Positions 48,575 to 58,520 of a stretch of DNA of 64,000 bases are shown here, piece after piece. A program made the position numbers and the translations under genes. The notes beneath the pieces are model-generated. The model searched no databases, was not told the DNA's origin, and worked only from the letters and a program-made list of their open reading frames with translations. Location: NCBI GenBank assembly GCA_965242525.1, contig OZ251459.1, positions 3,488,001-3,552,000 on the forward strand, in the 5' to 3' direction. The DNA comes from an uncultured Candidatus Binatia bacterium (lineage in GTDB: Bacteria; Desulfobacterota; Binatia; UBA9968; JAJDTQ01). Within the stretch, counting starts at the first letter, position 1; every line of letters begins with the position of its first letter.

Positions 48575-49555
48575 ATGAAGGTTGTTCTTTTCATCGTGTG
48601 GATAGTGTGCGGGTTGGCGGCTTTCGCCCCCTCGGCCGCGGCATACGAATGGACGCCGGGCAGCACGGTGTTCGAGTACCGCGAGCCCGCGGAAGGCGGG
48701 GAGGACCGAAGCCTCGGCTCCACCATCATCGGGACCCCCAGGGTGCACTTGGCCAAGGCCAAAGACACCCTGCTGGACATCGCGCGCCTCCATCATCTCG
48801 GTTACCGGGAGTTGCGCCGCGCCAACCCGGACACGGACCCCTGGTTGCCCGGCGCGGGGACCCGGGTCACCCTCCCCGCCCGATGGATCCTTCCCGCGGG
48901 TCCACGGAAGGGGCTGGTCCTCAACATGCCCGAGATGAGGCTCTACCGCTACCTGCCCGACTCCAGGGTCATGACCTTTCCGTTGGGGGTGGGCGTGGAG
49001 GGCGAGGAGACGCCGGCCGGAAAGTACCGCATCGGCCAGAAGCGCACCAACCCGATCTGGTACGTGCCGGTCTCCATCCAGGAAGAGATGGAGATCCCGC
49101 GCAAGATCGTCCCTCCGGGACCCGACAACCCCCTGGGCAAGTACTGGATGCGGCTGTCGAGCACCACCTACGGCATCCACGGCACCAACAACCCCTGGGC
49201 CATCGGCCGCCGCGTGACCCACGGTTGCATCCGCCTCTACCCCGAGGACATCGCGTACCTGTATCCGCAACTCTCCGAGGGCACGCCGGTGCGGGTCATC
49301 TACCAGCACGCCAAAGTCGGCATCCGCAACGGCGACGCCTATTTCCAGATCTACCGGGACGGGGGAGCGGGGAACGGAGTCGTGGGAGACGGCGAGCTCA
49401 TGGCGGACATCATCCGGCAGGTCGCCAGGCTGGAACTCCGCGCCGATTTGCGGAAGGTCCGGGAACTCCTGCTCGAGGTGGCCGACGGGGCCATGACGCC
49501 CCTGCCCATGATGCCCGCGGCGCCCCTGGAAACGGCCGCCCGCACCAACCTCTGA
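48575..49555 (+). CDS. L,D-transpeptidase (ErfK/YbiS family, LysM-like N-terminus)
   Basis: ANPDTDPWLP, NMPEMRLY, PGPDNPLG, GIHGTN, THGCIRL. Confidence 0.94.
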   Translation: MKVVLFIVWIVCGLAAFAPSAAAYEWTPGSTVFEYREPAEGGEDRSLGSTIIGTPRVHLAKAKDTLLDIARLHHLGYRELRRANPDTDPWLPGAGTRVTLPARWILPAGPRKGLVLNMPEMRLYRYLPDSRVMTFPLGVGVEGEETPAGKYRIGQKRTNPIWYVPVSIQEEMEIPRKIVPPGPDNPLGKYWMRLSSTTYGIHGTNNPWAIGRRVTHGCIRLYPEDIAYLYPQLSEGTPVRVIYQHAKVGIRNGDAYFQIYRDGGAGNGVVGDGELMADIIRQVARLELRADLRKVRELLLEVADGAMTPLPMMPAAPLETAARTNL

Positions 49556-49606
49556 GAGGCGCGCTCCCGAAGCGCACGGCCGCGGGGACCAGCGCCCGCG
49601 GTGCGC

Positions 49607-50461
49607 TCACGTCCGGTACTTCTCGTCCAGGTCGTATTTTTCCTGGAGTCCCACGATCTCGTGGAACTCGTCGAAGGGCAGCAGGCCGTCCATGAGGGCC
49701 TCGGCCGTGCCCTTCTCCCGCAGGTGGGAGTAGTAGCGCTGGAGGGCCAGGGCCGCGGAGTACAGCGGACCCACGGGCCACACCACCAGGGCAAAGCCCA
49801 GGTCCCGGAGCTCCGCGGGCTCCATCAGCGGCGTGACCCCGCGCTCGATCATGTTGGCCACCAGCGGCCCGGGCACGCTGTCGGCGATCTGCCGCATCTC
49901 CTCCCGGCTCTCCGGCGCTTCGATGAAGACCGCGTCGGCCCCGTTCTCCTTGAAGGCGACGCCGCGCCGGATGGCTTCGTCGATGCCCAGGGCTTGGCGC
50001 GCGTCGGTCCGCGCCACGATGAACAGGTCGCCATCCCCTCGGGCCGCCGCCGCGGCGTTGAGCTTCTTCAGGTATTCGTCCAGGGGCACCACCTGCTTGC
50101 CCCTCATGTGGCCGCAGCGCTTGGGCCAGACCTGGTCCTCCAGGAACATGCCCGCGGCCCCCGCACGGGACAGCTCGTTCACGGTGCGGACCACGTTCAC
50201 CGCGTTGCCGTAGCCGGTGTCGGAATCGACGATGACGGGGGTCTGAACCGCGCCGCAGATGCGGTAGATAGTGCCCAGCATCTCCGTCTGCGTCAGGATG
50301 CCGAAGTCGGGCTCTCCCAGGAGCGTGGCCGAGATGCCGTAGCCGGTGGTGAAGATGACGTCGAAACCGGCGCGCGCGGCGATGCGGGCGCTCAGGGCGT
50401 CATAGACCCCGGGCATGACCACGATCCCCTTCCGGTCGAGGGCTTCCTTGACTCTGCTCAT
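49607..50461 (-). CDS. Isocitrate lyase/PEP mutase family protein (PrpB or dimethylmalate lyase-like)
   Basis: PGVYDALSA, DSDTGYG, EDQVWPKRCGH, IVARTDA. Confidence 0.92.
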   Translation of the reverse strand: MSRVKEALDRKGIVVMPGVYDALSARIAARAGFDVIFTTGYGISATLLGEPDFGILTQTEMLGTIYRICGAVQTPVIVDSDTGYGNAVNVVRTVNELSRAGAAGMFLEDQVWPKRCGHMRGKQVVPLDEYLKKLNAAAAARGDGDLFIVARTDARQALGIDEAIRRGVAFKENGADAVFIEAPESREEMRQIADSVPGPLVANMIERGVTPLMEPAELRDLGFALVVWPVGPLYSAALALQRYYSHLREKGTAEALMDGLLPFDEFHEIVGLQEKYDLDEKYRT

Positions 50462-50533
50462 GGGGGGCCTCCCACTCGGTTCGTTCGGGGCAAGGAGACC
50501 GGCGCCGGGAGTCCGGGGAGGGGCGCCTCGCTG

Positions 50534-50818
50534 CTATTCCGCGGGGATCTCCACGATCACGTCGCCCAGCACCTTGGCGACGCATCCCAGACGGTCGGCT
50601 TCGTCGGCGTCGAGCATGGACAGGGTCAGCTCTTCGTTGTCGTCCATGGGACTCAGGTTGTTCCCGCCGGAGAGGATCGTCACCCGGTCCGTGCCGCAGA
50701 TGGCCTCGGTGCAGTCGTGGCGGAGCTCGACCCCGTTCCGCACCGCGGCCACCAGTATGGTGGTGCCGTCTTCCACCTCGAAACTCTGCCCCAGCGGCAT
50801 GAAAGTGACCCTTGGCAT
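50534..50818 (-). CDS. [2Fe-2S] ferredoxin (Fer2 fold) with Cys-to-Asp at the third ligand
   Basis: G.TIL.AA...G...HDCTEAICGTDRV...RLGC; codon GAC confirmed in the sequence. Confidence 0.82.
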   Translation of the reverse strand: MPRVTFMPLGQSFEVEDGTTILVAAVRNGVELRHDCTEAICGTDRVTILSGGNNLSPMDDNEELTLSMLDADEADRLGCVAKVLGDVIVEIPAE

Positions 50819-50903
50819 GGCGCGTTTGTAAGAGACGCCCGGAGGGAAGTCAAGCCGCGGCCCGCCCTCCGCCCGGCCGCGGCGTTCCCCGGTTCGCAAT
50901 CCC

Positions 50904-51626
50904 TCACAGGTCCACCACCATCCCGTCCTCCGCGGTGGCTACGGGCAGGGAGCCGCGCCGGGCCAGCATCTCCTCTCCCATGTGGGTCAGGATCAACCGC
51001 TTGCATTCCAGGCGGTCCCGGTGCGCCGCGATCTGTGCGTAGCTCATGTGCGACGACGAAGGGGCGTCGTAGTGGCAACATTCGCAGATGAACAGGTCCG
51101 CGCCCCGGCTGTGGTCGATGAACCGGTCCGTCCAGCTCGAATCGCCGGAGAACAGCACGGTGCGGCCCGCCGCCGTCACCCGGAGCCCGAGAGAAACCGC
51201 GTCGGTCTGGTGCGGGACCCGGAAGGCCAGCACCTCGGCCCCCGCCACCGTGGCCGCGGCGTCCGGGCGCAGCACCGGAAAGGCCGCGAACGGCAGGTCC
51301 TTCTCTCCGTACATGAGCTTCATGAGGCCGCGCACGCGCTGCTCGGTCCCCGGGGGACCGGCTATGGGAAGGGGGCGGCTGCGGCGCCGTTCGTAGAGGA
51401 AATGGATGAAGAGGAAGGGCAGGCCGCCGAAATGGTCGCCGTGCAGGTGGCTCAGGAACACCGCGTCCAGGTCCGCGGGGTCCAGCCCGGCGCGCTTGAG
51501 GGCGGCCAGGGTGGATGAGCCGCAGTCGAGCAGGTACAGCCCCGTCCGGTCCTCCAGCAGGTACGCGGTCTGGTTCCTGCCGCCGCTGCCGAAGGCGTCT
51601 CCGGTGCCCAGGAAGTGGACTCTCAC
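50904..51626 (-). CDS. MBL-fold metallo-hydrolase (RNase Z-like)
   Basis: FLGTGDAFGSGGR, LLDCG, SHLHGDHFGG, FSGDS, LILTHM; start uncertain. Confidence 0.88.
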   Translation of the reverse strand: MRVHFLGTGDAFGSGGRNQTAYLLEDRTGLYLLDCGSSTLAALKRAGLDPADLDAVFLSHLHGDHFGGLPFLFIHFLYERRRSRPLPIAGPPGTEQRVRGLMKLMYGEKDLPFAAFPVLRPDAAATVAGAEVLAFRVPHQTDAVSLGLRVTAAGRTVLFSGDSSWTDRFIDHSRGADLFICECCHYDAPSSSHMSYAQIAAHRDRLECKRLILTHMGEEMLARRGSLPVATAEDGMVVDL

Positions 51627-51737
51627 GGGGCCGAGACTAGCAGCACCCCCCGGACCTTGGCAACGCGCGCCCGGTCTGACAGATTCATGGGGCCGGACGG
51701 AACCCTGCAACGCCGGCACCGAACCCGCGGCTTTTCC

Positions 51738-54700
51738 ATGAAGATCGTCCTCGGACCCTACCACCCCCAACTGGAAGACGCGCTGGCGCAGGAGGTCCGC
51801 GCCCGGCGGGAGCGGGACCCGCTGGCGCCCCTGCTGCTGACGGTCCCTTCCGACGCCCTGCGCCGCCGGGTGAAGATCCTCCTGGCCCAGGAGCACGGCC
51901 TCCACCTGCTGCATTTCCACGTGCGCACCTTCTCCCAGCTCACCCGGACCCTGTTCCACGAGGTCCACGGTCCCGGGCCGCCGCCCCTGCGCGACGAGAC
52001 GTTCATGGAGGAAGCCCTGAGGCGCGCGGCGTCGGGCGGCGACCCGGCCCGGGGACGGTTCGCCCGCATGACGGAGAACGAAGGCGCGTGCGCCGCCCTG
52101 TGGCAAAGCCTGCGGGACCTGAAGGACGGCATGGTGGATCCCGACGTGGCGCTGGAGGCGTTGCACGAGGGCCATTTCGGGGCTAGGGACCGGGACGCGC
52201 TGGGGGACCTGTTTCGCCTGTACCGGGAGGCGCGGCGCCGTTTCCCCGAGTGGCGCGCCCACGACCGCCAGGACCTGGACGGGATGGTGTTGCCGCACGC
52301 GCCCGCCTCCCCCTACCTGGCGCAGTTCCGGCATGTTTACTACTACGGTTTCTACGACCTGACCCAGAGCCAGTTGGAGCTGTTCCGCACCGTGGCCGGC
52401 GCGCACCCGGTGACGCTCTTCTATCCCCTGGTCCTCGGCGACCCCGACTGGTCCTTTGCCCGGGACTTCTACGACCGCTACCTCCGGGGACTCGCCGGGG
52501 CGGACGAGGTGGTGGACCTGCTCGACCCCGGCGCGGGGCGCGGCGCCGGAATTGCGGGGGAGCCGGCGCCCGCGCAGTTGCTCGATCCCGGCGCGGGGGC
52601 CGGCCCCTCTCCCGATGGCCACACCCGGGAAACCGGTACCCAAGACGGCGCCCCCGGCGCGGGGCCCGGCTCCTCCCCCGACGGCCACACCGCGGACCCG
52701 GGCCGCGGCTTGCCGCGGCCCGCCCGGCGCGAGACCTTCAGTTGCGCAGGACCGCGGGACGAGGTCCTCACCGCGGCCAAGAAAGTGCTCGCGCTGGTGG
52801 AGGAGGAAGGCTTCGACTTCGGGCAGGTGGGCGTGGCGGCCCGCACCCTCGACCCCTACCTCTCCTGGGTGCAGGAGACCTTCCCGAAGCACGGCATCCC
52901 GTTCGACGCGCCGGCGCAGACGCCCCTGTCCCGGTTCAGCCGCGTCCGGGCCCTGTTGGCGCTCCTGGACCTGCCCGGGCAGGACTATCCGCGGGCCGGC
53001 GTCATCGACTTGGTGTCCTCCCACGACTTCCGGTTCCGGGTCGTCCCCGGCCCGGCCGTGGCCCCCCGGCCGGACCTCTGGGACGCGGCCACCCGGTACC
53101 TGCGCATCACCCGCGGCATGGACGAATGGCGCCGGCTGGAGCGCTACCTGGACCGCGGTCTCACCCTGCCCCTGAGGGACGAAGAGGAGGGCCGCCGGCT
53201 GCAGGTCGCGCCGGCCCAACTGGCCATGCTGTGGAACACCGTCCGCGCCCTGCACGAGCATCTGGGCGCGCTGCCCGAAGAAGGCCCCTGGTCGGAGTTC
53301 GGCGAGCGCTGGCGCACGGTCATGGACCGATTCCTCAACCGGGCCGGGGACGAGACCGCGGCCGGGGCGGAGGCCGTGGAAGAGGCACTGGGCGAGGCAT
53401 TCGCCGGGCTGGACGCCCTGGAGGCCATCGCCCCGGTGGTGTCCGCGGCGGAGTTCGCCGCGTTCCTGCGCCAGCGCCTGATGCGGGCGTCGGTGCGGCC
53501 GGCGCAGGCGCACGTGCAGGGCGTGCAGGTCATGGACGCCGGGTCTGCGCGCGGCGTCCCCTTCCGGGCGCTCTTCCTCCTGGGCATGAACGAGGGCGTC
53601 TTCCCCCGCGCCATCCGCGAGGACCCGTTCCTGCGGGACCGGGACCGGCGCGTGCTGGAAACGGTGCTGGGCTGCAAGGTCTCCTCCAAGCTGGCGGGGT
53701 ACGACGAGGAGAAGCTGCTGTTCGCGTTGCTGGCCAACGCCGCGTCCGACCGCCTCTATTGCCTCTACTCGCGCTCGGACGCGGCCGGCCGCGAACTGGC
53801 CCCGTCCTGGTATCTCCCCGCCTCCGACAGCCCCGCCGGGGTCCGGCGCATCCCCAAGGGCGTCCTCGGCAAGCGGGACGCGCCGCCCTTCGACGACCTC
53901 CGCTGGCTCCTGCCGGAGGAACTGGCGGTGCGGCGGGCCCTGTGCGGGGAAGACCCCGGGCCGCTGGTGCGCCTGTGCGGCTGGTCCACCGAGGGCTACG
54001 AAAGGAGCGCCGCGGCCATCCGTAAGCTGGAGGACGGGGCCGGCGCCGCACGTTCATACGACGGCGTCACCGGCCCCCACCCGGAGGCGTGGAAAGAGCT
54101 ATGGGAGCGCGGGCTGTCTCCCACCACACTGGAGACTTACGGACGCTGTCCGTTCCGGTACTTCGCGCGCCGCATGCTCGGCCTGGAACGGCTGGACCGG
54201 CCGGAGGACGAGGAGCCGCTGGACGCCCTGGAACAGGGTCAACTCTGCCACGAGATCCTGCAGGCGTTCCACGAAGGCTTCGACCCCGCGGACCCGGAGG
54301 GCTGGAGCGCACGGCTCGACCGGGCCGCGGCCGAGGCCCTGTCCGAGTACGAAGGGCGCTGTCCCACCGGCTATCCCGCGGCCTGGGAGGTGGCCAGGGA
54401 GCAGGTCACGGAGCTGCTCAGGGAGGTGGTCCGGGCGGACCTGGACGAGATGGCGGGGTCGGGCTTCCGCCCCGCGGAGGCCGAAACCGACATGGAGACG
54501 CGGCTCGGCCCGGAGTGGCCCGAGGACCTGCGCGGCCTGCCGGTCCACGGACGCCTGGACCGGCTCGACTACCACCGGCGGGACAACCGCTACCGCGTCA
54601 TCGACTACAAGCACAAGAGCAGCGCGAGGCCCGGCCCGGAGGACAACGACCCGGTGCTCTCGGCCATACGCGGACAGAAGCTGCAACTGCCCCTCTACGC

Positions 54701-55046
54701 GCTGCTGGCCGCGGCCCACGCCAGCGAGCGGGGGCCGGCGCCGGCCGCGGCCGTCGAAGCGGCCTGGTACTTCATCGCCCGGCGCTGGGAGGACGGCCCC
54801 CTGTCCCCCCGCGAATTCGCCGCGGAGACGTGGCGGCAGCCGGAGGGCCAGCGCATCCGGGACACGGTGGCGCAGTTGCTGGGGGGCATCCGCGCCGGGG
54901 AGTTCTTCATCATGCCCGGCCCCTATTGCCGCTACTGCGAGGTGTCGGAGGTCTGCCGGAAGGGCCATTCCCCCTCCGCCATGCGGGCCAAACGGCATCC
55001 GGCCGCAGAAGCGTTGGCGCAAACCCGCAAGCAGAAGAAGGCCTGA
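51738..55046 (+). CDS. addB: AddB-like helicase-nuclease subunit B
   Basis: Inactive helicase-like body (GFYDLT, ARG..F..LFLLGMNEG.FP), nuclease GRLDRLD...IDYK...QLPLY, Fe-S cysteines RCPF and CRYC..SEVC. Confidence 0.85.
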   Translation: MKIVLGPYHPQLEDALAQEVRARRERDPLAPLLLTVPSDALRRRVKILLAQEHGLHLLHFHVRTFSQLTRTLFHEVHGPGPPPLRDETFMEEALRRAASGGDPARGRFARMTENEGACAALWQSLRDLKDGMVDPDVALEALHEGHFGARDRDALGDLFRLYREARRRFPEWRAHDRQDLDGMVLPHAPASPYLAQFRHVYYYGFYDLTQSQLELFRTVAGAHPVTLFYPLVLGDPDWSFARDFYDRYLRGLAGADEVVDLLDPGAGRGAGIAGEPAPAQLLDPGAGAGPSPDGHTRETGTQDGAPGAGPGSSPDGHTADPGRGLPRPARRETFSCAGPRDEVLTAAKKVLALVEEEGFDFGQVGVAARTLDPYLSWVQETFPKHGIPFDAPAQTPLSRFSRVRALLALLDLPGQDYPRAGVIDLVSSHDFRFRVVPGPAVAPRPDLWDAATRYLRITRGMDEWRRLERYLDRGLTLPLRDEEEGRRLQVAPAQLAMLWNTVRALHEHLGALPEEGPWSEFGERWRTVMDRFLNRAGDETAAGAEAVEEALGEAFAGLDALEAIAPVVSAAEFAAFLRQRLMRASVRPAQAHVQGVQVMDAGSARGVPFRALFLLGMNEGVFPRAIREDPFLRDRDRRVLETVLGCKVSSKLAGYDEEKLLFALLANAASDRLYCLYSRSDAAGRELAPSWYLPASDSPAGVRRIPKGVLGKRDAPPFDDLRWLLPEELAVRRALCGEDPGPLVRLCGWSTEGYERSAAAIRKLEDGAGAARSYDGVTGPHPEAWKELWERGLSPTTLETYGRCPFRYFARRMLGLERLDRPEDEEPLDALEQGQLCHEILQAFHEGFDPADPEGWSARLDRAAAEALSEYEGRCPTGYPAAWEVAREQVTELLREVVRADLDEMAGSGFRPAEAETDMETRLGPEWPEDLRGLPVHGRLDRLDYHRRDNRYRVIDYKHKSSARPGPEDNDPVLSAIRGQKLQLPLYALLAAAHASERGPAPAAAVEAAWYFIARRWEDGPLSPREFAAETWRQPEGQRIRDTVAQLLGGIRAGEFFIMPGPYCRYCEVSEVCRKGHSPSAMRAKRHPAAEALAQTRKQKKA
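52518..52701 (+). repeat. In-frame imperfect tandem duplications inside addB
   Basis: LLDPGAG x2 and PGAG(A/P)G(P/S)SPDGHT x2; DNA CCCGGCGCGGGG repeated three times. Confidence 0.7.
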
Positions 55047-55049
55047 CCC

Positions 55050-58000
55050 ATGACGGTTCCCCCGCCCGCAGACGAGCCGGAACGCTTGCGAGCCGTCACC
55101 ACGTTCGACCGCAACGTGGTGGTGACCGCGGGCGCGGGCACCGGCAAGACCACGCTGCTGGTGGAGCGGTGCGTGAACCTGCTCATGCGCGAGCCGGCGC
55201 CCGTGCCCATGAACGAGCTGGCGGCCCTCACCTTCACCAACAAGGCGGCCAACGAGATGAAGGCGCGCCTGCGGGCGCATCTGGAAGCCCTGGCCGGGTC
55301 CGGTCCCCACCGGCCCCGGTCCCCGGACGACGCCAGACAGGGAGAGACGGAAGTCCTGTGCGAACGCTACGGCCTCACCACCGACGAGGTCCGCCGCCGC
55401 GCCCGGGAAGCGTTGCAGCGCATGGAGCAGAGCCACATCGGCACCCTCCACAGTTTCGCCGCCTCCATGCTGCGGCTCCATCCACTGGAGGCGGGGTTGG
55501 AGCCGAACTTCCGGGATGGCGACAACCGCCTCCTGGACAGGCGCTTCGACGCCTGCTGGACCCGCTGGCTCGACGACGAGCTGTCCGGGACCGGACCGCG
55601 AACCGGGGAATGGAAAGACATCCTGGGCCGCCATCCGCTGGCCCGGCTGCGGGAGCTGGCGCGGGCCCTCTGCGACGAGAACGTGGACCTGGAGGCGGTC
55701 CGCGGCGGCGCTTCCGATGGCGCAGGCGGCCCCCTCCGCGACTGGCTGCGGCGGATGGACGAAACCGCGGCCGACCTCCTCGCGCGCCATCCCGAGCAAC
55801 GGAAGATCGAGCAGGCGGTGGCCGCGGCGCAGAGGGTGGTACGGACGGCCGCGGACCCTGGGAAGGAACCGCTGGACGACGAAGGGACGACGCTCTTGGG
55901 CAGCCTCCCGAAACCGCCCAAGGGCTGGTCCCGGGAGGATTTCGAGCTCGCGAGCAGCCTGTGGACGGCCGCGCGGCCATTGGCTCGGATCGACGACGCA
56001 GAGGTAGGCCGGCTATGCGCGCTGCTGGCGCCGTTCGCCCAGGGGTGCCGCGAGGAGTTCTCCCGCAGCGGCCTGGCGACGTTCGACGGTCTGCTGGTGC
56101 GGGCCAGGGACCTCCTGCGCGGCCACCCGCGCATCCGGGAGGACCTGAAGGAGCGTTTCAAGGCCATACTGGTGGACGAGTTCCAGGATACCGACCCGCT
56201 CCAGTACGAGATCCTCCTGTGGCTGTGCGAGGAGCCTTCCGGGCGCGCCGAAGAATGGCGCCACGTGCGCCTCGCCCCGGGCAAGCTGTTCGTGGTCGGG
56301 GACCCCAAGCAGTCCATCTACGGCTTCCGGGGGGCGGACATGGAGGCGTACCTCCACGTGGTCAAGGAGATGATCGAAGCCCAGCAGGGCGTGGAATGCC
56401 GGCTGACCGTGAACTTCCGCAGCGACCCCCGGATCCTGGACGTGGTGAACGGCGTATTCGAGAAGATCATGGAGGAACGGCCCGATCTCCAGCCCGGGCA
56501 CATCCCGCTCCAACCGGGCCTCGGCAGCGCCGACGAGGAAGCCGCGGCGCCGGTGCGGGTGCGCCGGGTAACGGCCCCGGGCCGGACCCCGGACGCGGAG
56601 GAGGCCCGTCGGCTGGAGGCGCGTTCGCTGGCCCGCTGGGTGCACGAGGAAGTGGCGGGAGGCCGGACCTTCTTCCGTGACCGGGACGGCAAGCGGGTGC
56701 AGGCGCAGCCGGGCCACGTGGCCTATCTCATGCGCGCCTTGACCGACGTGCAGACCTACCTGGAACCCCTGCGCCGGCGCGGCATTGGCTACGTGGTGGA
56801 AGGCGAGCGGGACTTCTACGCCGCCCAGGAGGTGGTGGACGCCGTCAACCTGCTGCGGACCCTGGCCGACCCCTACGACCGGGTGGCCCTGGTGGGTGTG
56901 CTCCGCTCGCCCCTGGGCGGGCATGACGACGTGGAGATCCTGGCCCTGGGCCGGCAAAGCCTGCTCGACTACCGCCTGGCCGAGGGGGCTCGACGGGGGG
57001 AACTGCCCCCGGCCGCGGTGGACCTCTACCAACGTCTCCTCCGGCTCCACCGGGAGGTCCGTTTCCTGGAAGCCGGCAGCGCGGTGGACCGAGTGTTTGA
57101 GGAACTGCCGCTGTCGGTGCTGGCGGCGAGCGCGGGTTCGGGGCCGCAGGCCGTGGCCAACCTGGAGAAGGTCCGCCTGGTGGCCCGGGAGGCAGGCGCG
57201 GACGGCGCCGGGACGCTCAAGGACGTGGCCGCGGAGTTCGAGCGCCGGGTACGGAAAAGCGAAGACGAGGCCGAGAGCGCCCTGGAGGAGGAGACCCCGG
57301 ACGCGGTGAGGGTGATGAGCATCCACAAGGCCAAGGGCCTGGAGTTTCCGGTGGTGGTGCTGGTGGACGCCCTGAACGAAGGGAACAGGGGAGGGGAACC
57401 GCAAGTGAAGGTGTGGCAGGACTGGTCCACCGGTCTGGCGGGCCTGCGCCTGGACGACCTGTGGAGCCTGCCCGGAGCCTTCCTCCGGGCGAAACAGCGC
57501 GAGCGGGAGGAATACGAACGGCGCCGCCTGCTCTACGTGGCCATGACGCGGCCCTGCCAACAACTGGTGGTGTCCTTCGGCGACCGGAACCGGGCGGGCG
57601 GGGACAGCCTGCTTTCGATGCTGAAGGAGGCCGCGGGAGCCGACCTGACCGATGGGGCCTCGCACACGGCGGCCTGCGGCGCCGGAGAGATCGAAGTGGA
57701 GGTGGTGGAAGAAGATCTGGACAACCTGGAACCCGGGGAACCGGGGGAACCTAGCGCCCCGCCCGCAGAGGCGACCCCCGACGCCGCAGACTGGTCCGGC
57801 TACGAGGACTTGTGGCGCGGCCGCCGGGAGCGTTGCGAAGCCCGCGGCCGAGCGCCGCTCTTCCTGAGCCCCACCGGTCTCAAGGAAGCCGGCGAGTCGG
57901 CGCCGGCGGAGCGTCCACACGGCTTGCAGCGCCCCCGGGGCTTGCAGCGCGATACTGCGCTGGAGCTGGGAAAGGCTGCCCACCGGATACTGGAGCACTG

Positions 58001-58517
58001 GGACTTCCAGACCCCCCGACCCGCGGAGGACCTCGAAGAAGCCATCGCCTGGCACGCCTCCGGGTTGCCGCGGCAGCAGCAAGCGGCGGTGGTCGAGGAG
58101 TTGAAGGCCATGTGGGCCGGCCTGATGGACTCTCCCATATACGAGGAGTTGCGCACCGCCCGCATCCTGGGCCGCGAGATGCCTTTCGTCCTTCCCTGGG
58201 AGGGGGGCAAGATCATGGAGGGCGTCATCGACGTGGTGTATGAGTGCGGGGACCGGCTCTACGTGGCCGACTACAAGACGGACCGCGTGGACGACGAGGA
58301 CACCGCCCGGGTCATCGAGGAGTACGGCCAGCAGGCGCGGATCTACACCGAGGCCGTGAGACGCAGCCTGGACCGGGAGGTGGCCGGGTTCCGGCTGCTG
58401 CTCCTGCGGCTGGGCCGCGGGGTGACCGTCCCCGTTGGCGCCCGCGGCGGGGACTTGCTCGGGGAGGCCCGGATCGGGGAAGATAGGGAGGGGTTGCCGT
58501 CACGAGGCGAGACCTGA
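55050..58517 (+). CDS. addA: AddA-like UvrD helicase with RecB-type nuclease
   Basis: AGAGTGKT, LTFTNKAA, VDEFQDT, VGDPKQSIY, HKAKGLEF, LLYVAMTR, GVID...DYKT. Confidence 0.92.
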   Translation: MTVPPPADEPERLRAVTTFDRNVVVTAGAGTGKTTLLVERCVNLLMREPAPVPMNELAALTFTNKAANEMKARLRAHLEALAGSGPHRPRSPDDARQGETEVLCERYGLTTDEVRRRAREALQRMEQSHIGTLHSFAASMLRLHPLEAGLEPNFRDGDNRLLDRRFDACWTRWLDDELSGTGPRTGEWKDILGRHPLARLRELARALCDENVDLEAVRGGASDGAGGPLRDWLRRMDETAADLLARHPEQRKIEQAVAAAQRVVRTAADPGKEPLDDEGTTLLGSLPKPPKGWSREDFELASSLWTAARPLARIDDAEVGRLCALLAPFAQGCREEFSRSGLATFDGLLVRARDLLRGHPRIREDLKERFKAILVDEFQDTDPLQYEILLWLCEEPSGRAEEWRHVRLAPGKLFVVGDPKQSIYGFRGADMEAYLHVVKEMIEAQQGVECRLTVNFRSDPRILDVVNGVFEKIMEERPDLQPGHIPLQPGLGSADEEAAAPVRVRRVTAPGRTPDAEEARRLEARSLARWVHEEVAGGRTFFRDRDGKRVQAQPGHVAYLMRALTDVQTYLEPLRRRGIGYVVEGERDFYAAQEVVDAVNLLRTLADPYDRVALVGVLRSPLGGHDDVEILALGRQSLLDYRLAEGARRGELPPAAVDLYQRLLRLHREVRFLEAGSAVDRVFEELPLSVLAASAGSGPQAVANLEKVRLVAREAGADGAGTLKDVAAEFERRVRKSEDEAESALEEETPDAVRVMSIHKAKGLEFPVVVLVDALNEGNRGGEPQVKVWQDWSTGLAGLRLDDLWSLPGAFLRAKQREREEYERRRLLYVAMTRPCQQLVVSFGDRNRAGGDSLLSMLKEAAGADLTDGASHTAACGAGEIEVEVVEEDLDNLEPGEPGEPSAPPAEATPDAADWSGYEDLWRGRRERCEARGRAPLFLSPTGLKEAGESAPAERPHGLQRPRGLQRDTALELGKAAHRILEHWDFQTPRPAEDLEEAIAWHASGLPRQQQAAVVEELKAMWAGLMDSPIYEELRTARILGREMPFVLPWEGGKIMEGVIDVVYECGDRLYVADYKTDRVDDEDTARVIEEYGQQARIYTEAVRRSLDREVAGFRLLLLRLGRGVTVPVGARGGDLLGEARIGEDREGLPSRGET

Positions 58518-58520
58518 CAC

